Virus record (IMG/VR): IMGVR_UViG_3300001683_000027
Reading direction: 5' to 3' (one strand)
DNA length: 64,000 bases
Origin: an uncultured virus (IMG/VR IMGVR_UViG_3300001683_000027)
Lineage: Duplodnaviria > Heunggongvirae > Uroviricota > Caudoviricetes
Made by a program: the position numbers and the translations under genes. Each line of letters opens with the position of its first letter. Position 1 is the first letter of the stretch. The notes under the pieces are model-generated. The model did not search any database, was not told the DNA's origin, and worked only from the letters and a program-made list of their open reading frames with translations. This document shows, piece after piece, positions 27,301 to 36,200 of the stretch.

Positions 27301-28381
27301 AATTGTCAATGACAATGCTGATTACATTGCCGAAAACGATGACGTCGCAGTGAACGGCATTGTGTACGAAGTTGTTACTGGGACAATATCCGGAGCAGGA
27401 TCTACTAGATCCGTCACAGGATTAACGAGAGGTATTTCTCCCGGAGTGACCGCGCGCGCGCATGCGACTGCACTAGCAGTCGAATTGTATGAGTATAATG
27501 GGATCCAGTTACAGAATGTCAACAAGACGCATAACATCACCGACTGGGGTCTAGATTATTACGTGGTGTCTACTGGTGATGCGGCGACAGAATCTCTTAC
27601 CTTCGGTGGCAGTGAAGTGTATGCTTCAGAGAATGCGATGGTAACGAACTACCAGTTGCTTATACCGACTACTATTCACACGGGCACATCTCTGACACCG
27701 GCATTATCACTGGCGTCTGGTACTTCAGCGAGTGGATCAGAAACTACATCATTCACCACTGGGCCTGAGATCACCACAACATTGATCGATGATGTTAGTC
27801 TTTCAACCACCAATCTGGTCGCTTCACCTATTAACGAAGGAATTAGCAGATCATGTAATGTGAAATTGACTCTATCGTCTTCTCAAGAAAATCTTTCGCC
27901 AGTGGTTGATCTAGAAAGAAACTCTATTGTTGCTAAGACAAATAGACTCAACGAGATACTAACTTCGGCCGATCATTATCCAGTAGCAGAGTATATTGCT
28001 CCAACTGCATCGGAAGGTGATCTTGGTGAAGGCATATATATGACGAAACGAGTACAGTTAGCGAACGGCGCAACTGCACTGAAAGTGTATCTGGATGCCA
28101 ACATCTTCTCAAGTTCCTCTGTACAGGTTATGTACAAGATACTAAGGGCAGACGCTTCATCCAGTTTCGAAGAATTAGGTTGGAGTTACTTTAACATAGC
28201 AGGCGAGTCGGATACGATTGTATCCCCAGCAACTGCAGACCAGCAGTTTCAGGAATATAGTTACAGCGTTGATGGTTTGCCAGAATTCATCTCCTTTGCC
28301 ATTAAGATTAAAATGGACGGGACTAATTGTGCAGTACCTCCAGTCTTGAAAGACTTAAGAGCAATTGCACTAGCGATATAA
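21332..28381 (+). CDS. Large virion structural protein (VrlC / DUF4815-like)
   Basis: LNTTPYFDDYD..KNFHRILFKPG..VQARELTQLQTILQ; APGADRL; DRFKSGF.VDNF; DPLAQS; DLKFTLYRA.F; DLRAIALA. Confidence 0.88.
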   Translation: MTDIDLNTTPYFDDYDESKNFHRILFKPGVSVQARELTQLQTILQTQIERHATHIFKEGARVLGGELTFTGELRAIKIEDTNSVINVADYVDQLVGTTVRGETSGVKGVVVATTAATATDALTLYINYTANGIDKTSVTFADAENLLTESGVATYAAGERVAATIAAGAAQTGVGCSVAVGVYYIKGAFVQVEPQTIVLSKYTTDINARIGLTATETIVSSETDASLLDNATGSPNFAAPGADRLAVDLVLTSLDVGTVSDANFIEIERITDGKLTGKVRSSEYSKLEENLAQRTFDLNGNVEVIPFNLKMKESINDYQNLGVYTAGVTTSDGNTAAEPLMALHVSEGKAYIEGYELETIGSVFVDVEKSRETNTIAGGAVALEVGNYVKLENLHGMPDIVDYSGSINNYPILELRDTFTVTSGAASGSLIGHARPRSIEFDGSTLGASDDVFDSATTYKMFMFDVNMLTELALDSAAQSSNILAGTRVKGATSYASGFVDSSSTSSILKLSGVSGSFNASEVLLTNNYDSAAIGFNVRNAANTRDVTITTITENAFDAVKQMYYDDATIDFTADVDLEVVNQISGSVSVTTTTVSGFNTAFVTELRVGDAIDLPSGTAGVTERRIVNSITDNTNMTLTVAVTVNVTSVAASVARGTFNDQDKLLSLRKLSKEYVKVVSSRALEFRRQYLVTTNGSSEATLTSEAGATFNARSNTDYQITVLTAGTGSAVAGDMINMNATNLTFNAVSNALTLTSVSIFGVGAALKITATIRAADTVSGQGGGAAKTKANNVAELVKVENKLNDGGVARPWGTSAVHEEISLGVGDAYELLAVYDSLDTATDAVTPTLTYSGLISGPFTAKEIVNGSSSGASAIIINATTPLLYIPLSSIGFTVGETITGVSSGASATVATLVNGSTNITSRFTLDTGQRDNYYDTAKIVRKAKAAKPVGELLVVFSHFSHGQGEYCDVTSYSGIDYKIIPFYSSTRIDPEIRSPNGTYDLRSAIDYRPIVATATRTGPDGDGAYKITSKSLEFQSRSYGASVSSTPKDNSNFSNNIEYYLPRTDSIFLTTAGRFVVVKGVADDEPHIPSEINSAIKICDVYLNPYVITIDGDVLVVQKSHKNFRKEDIARLEDRINNIEYYTSLSLLESSASRLQIKDENGLDRFKSGFLVDNFGGHKTGQVTNPDYRSAIDFNHRTLRPKQSTKNIALKEINTTDTARTISNYQRTGSLVTLPYTDVVIVDQPYATRVENLNPVLSFSWTGTLTLSPTSDEWFDENYLPDIRTNREGNFNAVLTANVNRLGTVWGATELTWTGRTVDVSPVRFSVSRQVADPGGVWGTLRHWRVERWRNNEDTTRTITDTFTGTRWGLQTSIAEVINTRQVGDRQISNELIPFMRSTVIEFSADGLKPLTRVYPFFDNVDVTPYVTPTGGSIVGTSTTRAVTTTGNWTTLYGLRLKNFWLHNHMERSKTIRAYYSQTGPSGWTQLGTDILYTSKTSGDLDLPTVPVAISPNSSGDLWIKVEIDPMEHYGWSDLEFLDQSVSTISRDLVELESFRFTNFGGGTDNTWAFNNNSAGQVFANRGSIPDWDNLTNTQFGALARRRSEAIFRVRDGVKSVVPESGSILITDNNTINQTALVTDATGSVYGKFQIPNPNITGNPKFRTGSRTLRLTSNSNNADTSLETFADAAFSSTGILQNRQRSFISTRNAQLVTNRVGGRVDTSQTSSVTTRVSSDWSSWRWMQSEPFDPLAQSVQVSTEGGQFLTKVDIFFAAKDTTIPVRLQLREMESGAITNSIIPMSHVVVFPEDITTSADGSVATTFTFESPVYVTEGVEFAIVLLTDSEEYTVFISKLGETDLSGGRTVSKQPSLGVLFKSQNNSTWTAYDYEDLKFTLYRAQFDTSVNGVLNLENRPIAEKNLVTDPIECFAGGTSIKVSHYDHHMYATNNDVKISGVTSNIYGVLNGSMSIGDSDLSLTGALAFPTSGTVSLRIVNDNADYIAENDDVAVNGIVYEVVTGTISGAGSTRSVTGLTRGISPGVTARAHATALAVELYEYNGIQLQNVNKTHNITDWGLDYYVVSTGDAATESLTFGGSEVYASENAMVTNYQLLIPTTIHTGTSLTPALSLASGTSASGSETTSFTTGPEITTTLIDDVSLSTTNLVASPINEGISRSCNVKLTLSSSQENLSPVVDLERNSIVAKTNRLNEILTSADHYPVAEYIAPTASEGDLGEGIYMTKRVQLANGATALKVYLDANIFSSSSVQVMYKILRADASSSFEELGWSYFNIAGESDTIVSPATADQQFQEYSYSVDGLPEFISFAIKIKMDGTNCAVPPVLKDLRAIALAI

Positions 28382-28382
28382 T

Positions 28383-28610
28383 ATGATAAGAGTAAAAGAA
28401 AATCAAGATCTATCGAAAGATCCGATATCTGGGGCTATTGTCAATACTAATATTGGTGCATACGAAAATGCCATTCGAACACACAACTTAACAAAAGAAC
28501 GCGAAGCGCGAATGGAATCGTTGGAAGATGATATAAATACGATAAAGAATATGGTTGATGACATTAAAGATTTGTTGTCTGCATTCAAACAAGATAATAA
28601 GTCGGAATAA
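28383..28610 (+). CDS. Small coiled-coil protein typically found after VrlC-like genes
   Basis: L.KDP.SGAIVNTN...Y; C-terminal heptads; internal late promoter 28532-28539. Confidence 0.75.
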   Translation: MIRVKENQDLSKDPISGAIVNTNIGAYENAIRTHNLTKEREARMESLEDDINTIKNMVDDIKDLLSAFKQDNKSE

Positions 28611-28613
28611 TAA

Positions 28614-29174
28614 ATGGCAAACTTAACGCTCAGAACGGTAAAGGGAACATTTCTAGAGTTTGCGGAAGTTGATTCCAATTTCAGTTCCATAAACAATGAA
28701 CTTCCTGATGCACTATCATATGATAGTGCAACATCGTTACTGACGATGGGTAGAATTGGAACAGCGGATCTAGTTGGAGATTTTTCGCCAATAACAAATT
28801 CTTTGCCTGATACGCTCGTTTTTGATCCCATTACAAAAATTGTTTCTCTGGGTAGAGTTGGTAATGCAGACATAACAGTTGATCTATCTCCATTAACAGA
28901 ACGGGTTGATATTATTACTACAGCAACAGGATTGACAATGGGTCTTGGATTATTTTATCATCTCACAAACTCAAGTCAAACAATGTCATTGCCTACAGGT
29001 GTGTCAGGCGGTGAACGATGCGAACTAAATGTAAGGAACTTCACTAACACAATAGTTGCCCGTAATGGCAACAAGATTATGGGTCTTGCTGAGGACATGA
29101 CTTTGGACTACGCATATGCTACGACGAAATTTACTTTCATAGATTCTGCATATGGATGGTCTGTACACGTATAA
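28614..29174 (+). CDS. Short fibre/baseplate-associated protein
   Basis: LTLRTVKGT.L.FAEVDSNF; ARNGNKIMGLAED...FIDSAYGW domain. Confidence 0.7.
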   Translation: MANLTLRTVKGTFLEFAEVDSNFSSINNELPDALSYDSATSLLTMGRIGTADLVGDFSPITNSLPDTLVFDPITKIVSLGRVGNADITVDLSPLTERVDIITTATGLTMGLGLFYHLTNSSQTMSLPTGVSGGERCELNVRNFTNTIVARNGNKIMGLAEDMTLDYAYATTKFTFIDSAYGWSVHV

Positions 29175-29205
29175 ATAAACAGTAATTAAAAGGTTTTTAT
29201 GACGC

Positions 29206-29847
29206 ATGAGTAATTTAACAGATTTTACTACAACGGCTTCTCCAGGTCCATATCAAGAAGTAATTCACAATAGCGCATATACATTCGCGATAGGTGATGA
29301 AGAACATAGACTTCATAAATCGACCGACGCGGCCGCGTATTCATGGACTATACCATTGAATGCGACCGTTAACTTCGCGACGGGTAGTGTCTTTACAATA
29401 TTTAATGCTGGCGTTGGTGATTTAACTATAATAGCAGACGGCGCAGCGACATTGATTGATGTAAATAGTGCGACTGACGGCAATAGAACAATTGCCCAGA
29501 ATTCTATAGTAACAATCGTGCAGACAGTAACAGACGGGTGGGTGTTGATCGATCATAAAGCAGGCGTTAATGCTTACTCGACATGGTTGGTGAAAACAAC
29601 AAACTTTACCGCATCTAACGGCGACCAGTTGATTTGTAATCACGCAACTACACCTTTCACGATAACTCTACCTGCTGGTTCAGTAGGAGATACAGTAATA
29701 CTTAGTAACACAGGAGCAGCATTAGTGACAATAGGAAGAAATGGAACTGAAAAAATTAACTCGGTAGCTGCTGACGGCACGCTGCCCACGGGTAATTCCA
29801 CTCAATTAACTTATGTCGATGCAACTATCGGCTGGTTTGAGGTATAA
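29206..29847 (+). CDS. Tail fibre-associated protein
   Basis: Late promoter 29170-29177; TITLPA...GRNG..KIN...YVDATIGW domain. Confidence 0.65.
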   Translation: MSNLTDFTTTASPGPYQEVIHNSAYTFAIGDEEHRLHKSTDAAAYSWTIPLNATVNFATGSVFTIFNAGVGDLTIIADGAATLIDVNSATDGNRTIAQNSIVTIVQTVTDGWVLIDHKAGVNAYSTWLVKTTNFTASNGDQLICNHATTPFTITLPAGSVGDTVILSNTGAALVTIGRNGTEKINSVAADGTLPTGNSTQLTYVDATIGWFEV

Positions 29848-29850
29848 ATT

Positions 29851-31740
29851 ATGGCAATTTTAGGATCATCAGGTGGAACTAATGATATTTATACTAACTC
29901 TACAGCCACTATAGGGTTACGAAGTGCTGGAGTAGGAGTTCCATTCAAGATAGACTCAGAAAGCAAACTACACCCGGCAGACCCTGATGTTCTTGATAAT
30001 GTTGAAAGAGTTGTTGCTGATATCAATAACGCAACAGAAGCAATTTCGGGATATGTTCAAAACATTGGCCAGCTGGGAGGAGATTGTATTCTTCCGGATG
30101 GGAGGTCTTTGTTCGGGTTGGGCACAGGCACCGGCGCCTCCCGTATTGTTGTACTAAAAGCTGATGGTTACACTAGAGATGGTGACGGCGCCTATAACTT
30201 TACCGCAGGAAACCAAGCTAGCCAGAAGCAGCTGATGATATGGCAACTTGGTGAGGTGCAAGACTATTATTTAGTAGGCGTTGCTTTAAGAGGCTTGCAG
30301 TCAACGCCATCCCATATTTATCAGGATATCAAACTGGTGCGAGTACCGAAAGATGGTGGTACTTTCCCTGCGGCAACTAATGTGCCCACTACTAGTTATG
30401 TACAAAATACTGCATACAACGGTGCTGTAGGCAATACATATATGACAAAATTAACAGATGTGGATAACTGGCAGACGAGTAGAGGTAACACTATAAGTTT
30501 ATTCGCCACACCTCCTGGAACAGGCACTTCTAATACATCATATCAGTTTACTGCCAATGTTATTTCTTCCACAGGGTTGATGCTTACCACAGCGGCAAAT
30601 ACGTCTGCTGTCACTCTTGAAAATACTACCGCAGGGTACCCTATAGATATAATAAAAATAGATGATGCGACAGGCATATTTTTGGTTTTGCATGAAACAT
30701 CAGCAAATGTAAAAACCCTGACAAAATTAGTTGTGTCTTCTACTGCACAGATTACTACCTCTACAGTTGCAGTCATAAATTCTGGCTACACTAATATGAA
30801 TTCTAATATAGACAGGCACTGGGTATCTATGGTTGGGGCCGGTACAGGAAGTAATAATTTATACTTTTTTGATTCAAGTACTACGACCGGAAATGCTACG
30901 GCAATAGATGGGCAACCGTGTACATATAACTCTTCAAATGATTCTCTTACATGGGGCACTTATTCAGCAATTGCGTTGCCAGATGGCTATCAGTTCTCCG
31001 GTTCAGATAGACGGACAACAAAATGGAATTGGACTTATTCCAGTGCTGACAAGAGAATTTACTTCGGTTTGCTGGTTGGGGAAGGAATAGCTTTAAATAC
31101 AGTAGATAATGCTCTTAATATAGCTAACCTCCATACTTATATGCCTTTTCACAATAGCTACCAGACCAACATGGTGGCCTCTAGGGATGGCACTTTAATA
31201 TCTCAATACAGCGTGTGGGCCCAATTTCTAGCTAATACCTATGCTTACGTTATGGATACCAGTAGAGGTATTACTAGTAACGTCGCCGCAATTCCACTAG
31301 CGTCTGGAGTGCTTGGGGATACTGTTAATGTATCATTAGTAGGTGGTATTACTTCTGCCGCTACCCTCCCATCAAGTCACTATTTAGAAAAAGAACGGCT
31401 GTTTTACCCATATACGGTGTATGTAAATGGCGTCGAACAGCGAAACAGTACATCCTCGGTTATAAAAAGCATACAGCGGGGGGAGATAGCTTTCAGCGCT
31501 ATTCAGTTCGAACACACAATTTCAATTAACAAAGTACTTATGAATAAATCTACAGTTTCGTTATACGGCTCAGTGGAGTACATATCAACAGCGCAAAACC
31601 AACCATGGTTGGCCTACGCGGCATCTCCCCATATCGAAGTTCTGTCTGCTTCCTCGTTTAAAATAATCACCGGGACTCAATTTTCAACAAACTCCCTAGG
31701 GACGGGAACTATAAGTTGGGAGGTAGTTGAATATGTTTAA
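29851..31740 (+). CDS. Putative receptor-binding tail fibre protein
   Basis: Beta-rich body; C-terminal VIKSIQRG...ISWEVVEY fibre motif; followed by a chaperone. Confidence 0.65.
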   Translation: MAILGSSGGTNDIYTNSTATIGLRSAGVGVPFKIDSESKLHPADPDVLDNVERVVADINNATEAISGYVQNIGQLGGDCILPDGRSLFGLGTGTGASRIVVLKADGYTRDGDGAYNFTAGNQASQKQLMIWQLGEVQDYYLVGVALRGLQSTPSHIYQDIKLVRVPKDGGTFPAATNVPTTSYVQNTAYNGAVGNTYMTKLTDVDNWQTSRGNTISLFATPPGTGTSNTSYQFTANVISSTGLMLTTAANTSAVTLENTTAGYPIDIIKIDDATGIFLVLHETSANVKTLTKLVVSSTAQITTSTVAVINSGYTNMNSNIDRHWVSMVGAGTGSNNLYFFDSSTTTGNATAIDGQPCTYNSSNDSLTWGTYSAIALPDGYQFSGSDRRTTKWNWTYSSADKRIYFGLLVGEGIALNTVDNALNIANLHTYMPFHNSYQTNMVASRDGTLISQYSVWAQFLANTYAYVMDTSRGITSNVAAIPLASGVLGDTVNVSLVGGITSAATLPSSHYLEKERLFYPYTVYVNGVEQRNSTSSVIKSIQRGEIAFSAIQFEHTISINKVLMNKSTVSLYGSVEYISTAQNQPWLAYAASPHIEVLSASSFKIITGTQFSTNSLGTGTISWEVVEYV

Positions 31741-32149
31741 TTATATAGTAGTTGAAAATAGCACATGGGTTGATCCTGAATTCAATACCGCTAGCTACCC
31801 AACGGTTGTAGAGGTCAAATCTTTATCAGGAATAATAAATGAAGCCAATCATTATCTTGTTGATGAGGCGGAAATAGGGCAGCTCTATATTGATGGAATT
31901 ATATACAACGACTTATCTGAAGTCCCTGAAGAAAGCGAAAACTCGGATTTTATATGGGGAATGACAGACACTTTAGATAGTGCATTGCTTGCCAGAGAGT
32001 GGAGAGATGTTGAATTGAAATCTACAGATTGGATTAGCCAGACACCAGATCACCCACAACGTGCAGCTTGCCTAGCGTATAGAACTTTGCTACGTAACTG
32101 GCCTAGTACAGTCAATTTCCCTGCTATTAAACCAACTTTAGTTAATTGA
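31727..32149 (+). CDS. Tail fibre assembly chaperone
   Basis: AREWRD.ELKSTDW....DHP....AYR..LRNWP....FP..KP. Confidence 0.8.
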   Translation: MNMFNYIVVENSTWVDPEFNTASYPTVVEVKSLSGIINEANHYLVDEAEIGQLYIDGIIYNDLSEVPEESENSDFIWGMTDTLDSALLAREWRDVELKSTDWISQTPDHPQRAACLAYRTLLRNWPSTVNFPAIKPTLVN

Positions 32150-32375
32150 GTCGCCCTCTTCCACAATAGTGCGATCGAGTGTGAGAACAGTAAGTGGGTA
32201 TCTGACCTACCTAGCGGTTAAAGGTGGTCCCTTTTACCATTAGGTAAATACACCCACAAGTGACATAATAATAATATTTTTTCAAGGAGACAAAAATGGA
32301 TAACACATTCTTAAAATTATCAATGTCTGATACTGCAATAGATTATCTTCTTGGTATTCCAGTTTCGAGGTTGTA

Positions 32376-32819
32376 ATGATAGAAGAAACCCTAAAAACTA
32401 CCGGCGAATTAATCGTCACACTCTATTCTGAGAATGGTGTGGTGAAAGAGAAGAAGAAGGTTAATAACCTGGTAGTCGCCTCGGGCCAGAATCACATCGC
32501 ATCCAGACTGGTTACATCTGGTCTGCCTACTGCTATGTCTCATATGGCAATTGGCGATTCTGACCAGGCGGCGGTGTCAGGTGATACCACTCTTGTTAGC
32601 GAACTAGGTAGAGCATCATTAGTTACCATCACTGATTCCGACAACACGGTAACATTCAGCGCAACATTCAATCCTGGTGTTGGAACTGGTGCTGTTAAAG
32701 AAGCAGGTGTGTTTAACAATTCTACTGCCGGTACACTTCTATGTCGCACTGTCTTTGGTGAAGTCAATAAACTAGTCGGTGATACATTATCAATCGACTG
32801 GACGATCACTATCGCCTGA
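32376..32819 (+). CDS. Virion structural protein
   Basis: NLVV.SG..HIASRL; MSHMAIG; GTGAVKEAGVFN...GTLLCRTVF..VNK. Confidence 0.8.
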   Translation: MIEETLKTTGELIVTLYSENGVVKEKKKVNNLVVASGQNHIASRLVTSGLPTAMSHMAIGDSDQAAVSGDTTLVSELGRASLVTITDSDNTVTFSATFNPGVGTGAVKEAGVFNNSTAGTLLCRTVFGEVNKLVGDTLSIDWTITIA

Positions 32820-32853
32820 TAATTCTTATAAATAAAGTCATTAGAATGTTTCA

Positions 32854-33216
32854 ATGGAACTTATAGTGGCGACTTTATACGAAGACTACGAAATCAATCA
32901 AGGGACTGATGCGACAATAACACATCAGTTCCGAGAAATCGATGGACTCGCAAGAGATCTTACCGGTTTTACTCCTTCTGCAAAACTAAAAATAAACTAT
33001 GCACAAGACACTGGGACATCGTTCTCGGCAATTGTTGCATCGCCTGTAACTAATGGCACCGTCGTTCTTTCTTTGACAAACATACAAACTGGTGCTCTGA
33101 ATCCAAGATACAGGTATGTCTACGATATGGAGTTGTCTTCGTTGGACAGTGATAGTAATACTGTTATCGAAGTGCCTTTGAGAGGAACAGTAAAAGTAAT
33201 TCCGAATGTAACATAA
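32854..33216 (+). CDS. BppU-like baseplate/fibre adaptor
   Basis: INQG.D; DLTG......K; G.V.LSLT..QT..L...RYVYD.E; G.V.V.P.VT; late promoter 32827-32834. Confidence 0.7.
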   Translation: MELIVATLYEDYEINQGTDATITHQFREIDGLARDLTGFTPSAKLKINYAQDTGTSFSAIVASPVTNGTVVLSLTNIQTGALNPRYRYVYDMELSSLDSDSNTVIEVPLRGTVKVIPNVT

Positions 33217-33289
33217 TAATAATAATAATAATCCAATACTCTTCTTTAAGAGTGGATATATCCTCATATGAGGATCAATAGGATGTCAT

Positions 33290-36200
33290 ATGGCAGAACC
33301 TGCGATTATTCTCCGAAGTGCTGTGGCAGGCAAAGCGCCAACCACAACAACACTAGACTTCGGACAACTGGCGATAAACACTTCTGATGGTATAATATAC
33401 TACAAGAGTCAAGACTCGGCAGGCGGCACAGAAATAATAAACCATCTCGGCGGTGCTGATAGTGGATTCGCAAACAATTCACTGATCACACTTTCGCCTG
33501 GATCAGGTCTATTATCCGGTGGATCATTCACGATCAACCAATCTAGCAACGAAGTCATCTCATTCAAGATTGATTCATCTGTTATTCCCACGCTTGTTGG
33601 GAATAATACGTTTTCTGGAACAAACACATTCTCTGCCTTAAGTAATCAATCAGCGGAACTGACCGCGGTTACGATCAATGGTTCTGGTACCCTTGGTACA
33701 AGAGAACTCGATGCTTCTGCATTTACGAACACTGCCATAACCACAAACGTCACCGAAGGCACAAACCTATACTACACGGGTTCGCGCGCGAATTTAGCAA
33801 TCGATACACGAGTGACCCAGTCGTTTGTTAATAACCTAGATGTTGATGCCATTACCCTTGGTGGTAACGATTCATCATACTACCTAGATTACAATAACTT
33901 CGCAAACACACCTGATTCGGCAGGCGCATTAATAGAAGATACAACGGTAACATTAGCTGCAGGCGCTGGACTATTAAGTGGTGGTTCGTTCACGACAAAC
34001 CAGAGTGCACCAAGTACAATAACATTCAAAGTAGATTCTTCTTCTATTCCAACATTAGTCGGAGGACTGTTAGACTCCGCGGCAATACCTTCTCTGGATA
34101 TCGGTACAGACACTCACGGAATACTTCCGTTATCTCGCACAACAGGAACAATTGATAGTTCTCAGATACCTTCCCTAGAACTTGGGACGGATGTAATAGG
34201 AACAATTGATAGTTCACAGATACCTAGTATCGACATCAACAACGATACACATAGTACATTAGACAGCGCCAGAATACCTCCGTTACCTTCACCAGCAAAC
34301 GATGCGACAATAACGTTATCTGCTGGTAATGGTCTGATTACTGGTGGTTCGTTTACGACAGACCAAGCAGGTAATGTCACAATAACCCACGCATTGGGAA
34401 CACCATCTACATTAACATCGACAACAACTAACACAGTAACGGACTCCAGTCACACTCACGTTATAGACGAAACTGGTTTCTCGATTGTAGCGACGCAGTT
34501 AACTGGAACAATTGATAGCGCAAGACTAGCATCATTTGATATATCTGCGGACACACATGGATCTCTTGCGTACTCACGAGTATCCAATACACCAACAATT
34601 GGTAACGGCACTGTAACTATTTCCGCAGGATCTGGACTACTCGATGGTGGATCGTTTACGACTAACCAAACTGGCAGTCCAACGATAACACTGAAGATTG
34701 ATTCATCTTCTGTCGCAACGTTGACTGCTGGTCTGTTAGATTCCGCGGCAATACCTTCATTAAGTATTAGTACTGATACACACGGATCACTGGCACTATC
34801 ACGCACAACAGGTACGCTTGACAGTTCACAGATCGGTTCGTTAGATATTAACAATGATACGCATAGTACATTAGACAGCGCCAGAATACCGACGTTGCAA
34901 TTATCGTCTGATATTAGTGGAACAACAACCGATCTATCAGAGGGAACAAATCTTTACTTTACCAACACTAGGTCTAGATCAGCAATAAGTGTGACGGACG
35001 CGGGTGGAGAAGGGTCTCTCGCATACAATAGTGGAACTGGTGTCATAACATATACTGGACCATTACCAAGTGTTGGTGCGTATCCTCTGATTGAGACAGC
35101 TGTTGGCATAACAATGTCGCAATCGAATCATTATCATGTGTCTGACTCAGCAGTAACAATGACGTTGCCTTCAGCAGATTCTGCAGATCGTTTAGAACTT
35201 AGTGTAAGGAATTATACCAACACAACAGTTGCCCGTAATGGCAACAAGATTATGGGTCTTGCCGAAGACATCACTATTAACGTTGCCTATTCAAGTTTGA
35301 CGTTTGAGTTCATTGATTCGGATTTTGGTTGGTTCGTTTCTGATACCCGAGGTGATGTGACAGTTGTCAATTCATACAACGGGACATTCGATAGTGCACA
35401 GTTTCCTAGCATTGACATTAACAATGACACGCATAGTATCCTAGATAGTGCGAGAATGACATCGTTTGACATTAACAATGACACGCATAGTATCCTAGAT
35501 AGTGCGAGAATGACATCGTTTGACATTAACAATGACACGCATAGTATCCTTGACAGCGACAGATTACCTCCATTACCTTCACCTGCGAACGATGCGACAA
35601 TAACGTTATCTGCTGGTAATGGTCTGATTACTGGTGGTTCTTTTACGACAGACCAAGCAGGTGATTCGTCGATCACACACACGTTAGGCACTCCTTCAAC
35701 GTTGACTGGATCTACAACCAATGCTGTAACACCAACCAGTCATACTCATGAAATAGACGAAACTGGTTTCTCTATCGCGACTAGTCAGTTAACTGGTACA
35801 TTAGACTCCGCAGCAATACCTTCATTAAGTATTAGTACTGATACACACGGATCACTGGCACTATCACGCACAACAGGCATACTCGATAGTGCACAGATTG
35901 CTTCGTTCGATATTGCCACAGATACTCATGGTATACTTTCTCTCGCGCGCACGAGCGGGACACTCGACAGTTCACAGATACCAGTTCTTTCTCTAAGTTC
36001 AGATATCGACGGAACAACAACTGATCTGCCTGAAGGTACAAACCTTTACTACACCTCAACAAGAGCGAACTCTGCAATAGACACACGAGTAACGCAGTCA
36101 TTTGTTGATGCTCTGAATGTGAATGCCGATACTCTTGATAGCCAGAACGGAACATACTACCTCGATTACGTCAACTTCACCAGTACACCAACGATTGGTA

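Noticed and set aside
33214..33232. (TAA)n microsatellite after the 32854 gene
   Set aside because: Short intergenic low-complexity run with no evident function.
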